From: a virus
Lineage: Duplodnaviria > Caudoviricetes
Virus record (IMG/VR): IMGVR_UViG_3300037634_005735
Coordinates: 1 to 34,542 of that record
Reading direction: 5' to 3' (one strand)
DNA length: 34,542 nucleotides
Shown here: one piece after another, positions 32,801 to 34,542 of the stretch
Layout: the number at the start of each line of letters is the position of its first letter
Position numbering within the stretch: position 1 is the first letter of the stretch
Position numbers and translations under genes: made by a program
The notes under the pieces: model-generated
The model's database searches: none
What the model was told of the DNA's origin: nothing
What the model saw: only the letters and a program-made list of their open reading frames with translations

Positions 32801-33194
32801 CTTCAAGATCACAACGGAGGACTGTGGCTTCTGCTATGTCTCCTCTGGGATTGTCACCGGGTGTGACCCCGGGCGCGAGGCTGGCGAGGATGGCTATTGC
32901 AGTCGATGCAGGTCGCCCCTGCCCCCCAAGGGGAAGATACTCTCGCAAAAGCGGCTTGAAGTTCTGGACGCTGACAAAGATAAAGTTGCGCTGGGATATG
33001 TCATTAAAGTAAAAAGAAAGCTCGACGGCAAAGAGGACTGGTATCTCTTCCACTGCACTGGGGGCGCTACGAGCAGGCTATTCGGGGCGATGGGGATGGA
33101 TGCGGAGGGAATTAAGGGGTTCCTCGCGGAGAAAAACTTGGTAGCATTCTGGCCGAGTGGACCCGCTCTCTCATTCTGCCCATTTGCAACATGA
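32742..33194 (+). CDS. Hypothetical protein with putative zinc ribbon
   Basis: CGFC...CSRC; start uncertain (59-nt overlap with the upstream gene). Confidence 0.55.
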   Translation: MLKTKIPDKRTRRNLRKKNNFKITTEDCGFCYVSSGIVTGCDPGREAGEDGYCSRCRSPLPPKGKILSQKRLEVLDADKDKVALGYVIKVKRKLDGKEDWYLFHCTGGATSRLFGAMGMDAEGIKGFLAEKNLVAFWPSGPALSFCPFAT

Positions 33195-33277
33195 TAGCTG
33201 AAGACACTGAGCTATTCGTCTTTCTGATAATCGCCACCTTGATAATTGCCTTTGCGTTGAAGACGTTGGACGAATAG
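33191..33277 (+). CDS. 28-aa single-TM microprotein (not in ORF track)
   Basis: MIAEDTELFVFLIIATLIIAFALKTLDE*; ATGA overlap with the upstream stop; ends 2 nt before the next ATG. Confidence 0.6.
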   Translation: MIAEDTELFVFLIIATLIIAFALKTLDE

Positions 33278-33279
33278 CA

Positions 33280-34236
33280 ATGGAGGACCCTACCAAGTCT
33301 ATCCCGGCTGACCGGGAAAACATCATCAACCTCTCGCTGTGCGATGACTTGGTGCCCGGGGAGGTTTTCGCCGCGCTCAGGGAGAACATAAAGTCATACC
33401 GCCTGCGCGTGTGGGACAAGCTATTCTGCCGCGACAAGCTGGGACACAAGAAGATCACCCCGTGGGGGGTGTGGACTCACCGCAAGAAGGGTATGGCCAG
33501 CTTGGAGGGCTCGCTCAATAATGTCTGGCTCGACTCAGACCTCTCATCTCCATTTCTGGATGGTGAGAAACAGGAGTCCCTCCAAGAGGAGATGAGGCTC
33601 GGGGGAGGGGTGACATTGCAAGATAGCCTTTTTGCAAGAATGCAGGTCCGGTCGATAGCCCGGGATCTGATTTCCCATAGCGGGGATAATGTCCCCAAGG
33701 AGATACTCGACCTGATTCCCTTGTTCCTCCCCCCAGAGGGAGAAGCAGTCAAAGATAAGTGGATATTCCTCGATTTGCCCTCATTGGCGACCCTGAGTTG
33801 GGACGAAATCAGCAATTGCGGCGAAAAGGTGTGGTTATTGTGGGGTTTAAGGGCCTGTCTGGCCGGATTTCCCGCAGCCGTGGTCAGTAGGGAGGGGATG
33901 TTGTCCCCAGAGAGGCCTTTATCGCCTGTTTCTGCCCGGTTTGACCCGATTCAGGCCGTAATTTCAGCCTGCTGGGCGCTAGGAGCGGCTGATGATTACC
34001 AAGTAGTCATCTCACTTGACCATCCAGTTAAGAAAAAAAGAGGGGCATACATCAGGGCCTCGTTCTCCGGGGAAGGGAGGTCCCGCCTGATCAGCACAAA
34101 CGCCAAGCTGGGCAACTGGAAAGAGGCAAAACTAAACCCCCCATCGGGGATGGGCGACCAGACAGGGTCAGAGGTGGTCGAGAAATACAAACAGGCCAAG
34201 CACTCGTTCGTGAAGCGCCCCTCCCAATCACAGTAA
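33280..34236 (+). CDS. Hypothetical protein
   Basis: 318-aa ORF; no motif recognised. Confidence 0.7.
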   Translation: MEDPTKSIPADRENIINLSLCDDLVPGEVFAALRENIKSYRLRVWDKLFCRDKLGHKKITPWGVWTHRKKGMASLEGSLNNVWLDSDLSSPFLDGEKQESLQEEMRLGGGVTLQDSLFARMQVRSIARDLISHSGDNVPKEILDLIPLFLPPEGEAVKDKWIFLDLPSLATLSWDEISNCGEKVWLLWGLRACLAGFPAAVVSREGMLSPERPLSPVSARFDPIQAVISACWALGAADDYQVVISLDHPVKKKRGAYIRASFSGEGRSRLISTNAKLGNWKEAKLNPPSGMGDQTGSEVVEKYKQAKHSFVKRPSQSQ

Positions 34237-34369
34237 TAATTAAGCCCAGATCGGCGCAAGCCGGATGGGCATCATTTTTTTTCGGGAAAATGGGCACTTC
34301 CACCGCGTAAGCCACCAAGGAGCCAGTGCAGCAAGCCCATCAATGGTCATCAGACCCAAATCCCCATCT

Positions 34370-34428
34370 GGAGTCCCGTTCCATCCCCGGAGTCCCAAAA
34401 TAGGGGTCCCAAAGCAATTAGGAGTCCC
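34370..34428 (+). repeat. Four GGRGTCCC direct repeats in a probably non-coding region
   Basis: GGAGTCCC at 34370, 34389 and 34421; GGGGTCCC at 34403. Confidence 0.7.
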
Positions 34429-34542
34429 GTATTCACCAGTAGAAGCCCCGGCCTAGACGTAAGGGTATCTTTACGTGGGGAGACCTCGGGCCCATGGGAC
34501 CCAAAGCGGGGGTTGGGGTATGCCGGGGTGCCCCCTTGCAAC

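Noticed and set aside
1-34542. Terminal redundancy or circularity (window starts and ends with CAAC)
   Set aside because: Only 4 nt match, and the left end is mid-gene.
1-34542. Alternative genetic code, tRNA/rRNA genes, integrase or transposase
   Set aside because: Long genes are intact in code 11 and TAA, TAG and TGA all end tightly packed genes; no cloverleaf or mobile-element motifs were recognised.

Overview
A ~34.5 kb segment of a tailed dsDNA phage genome (podovirus-like; diderm host inferred from a lipoprotein). Most of it is a minus-strand virion module: a 236-aa probable ejection protein, a 4982-aa giant 'polyvalent' virion protein, portal, a small post-portal protein, scaffold, major capsid, two head-tail adaptor paralogues, small structural proteins, tail fibre, a lipoprotein with a C-terminal TM helix, a GTA-type head-spike base, and an LRR-repeat fibre that runs off the left edge and is missing from the ORF track. 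Two plus-strand genes interrupt the head operon. A plus-strand block at the right carries a TerS-like gene, an XRE-HTH gene and hypotheticals. Most notable: (1) the giant protein is an array of enzyme cassettes (HExxH peptidase, HhH-GPD-like domain, polyvalent kinase, Hsp90/MORC-like GHKL ATPase with a second HExxH) separated by a recurring P[TA]LQR junction motif, and two of the linkers hide same-strand +1-frame ORFs whose protein-like part ends at the junction (candidate nested immunity/regulator genes); (2) the palindrome TTGCAA occurs ~63 times by manual count (~7 expected) while CTGCAG was not seen; (3) the 12-bp palindrome CCCTCCGGAGGG occurs five times; (4) several promoters have leaderless-mRNA geometry; (5) the head-spike LRR array has hypervariable positions. 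All domain calls come from motif recognition by eye and need HMM or structure confirmation.
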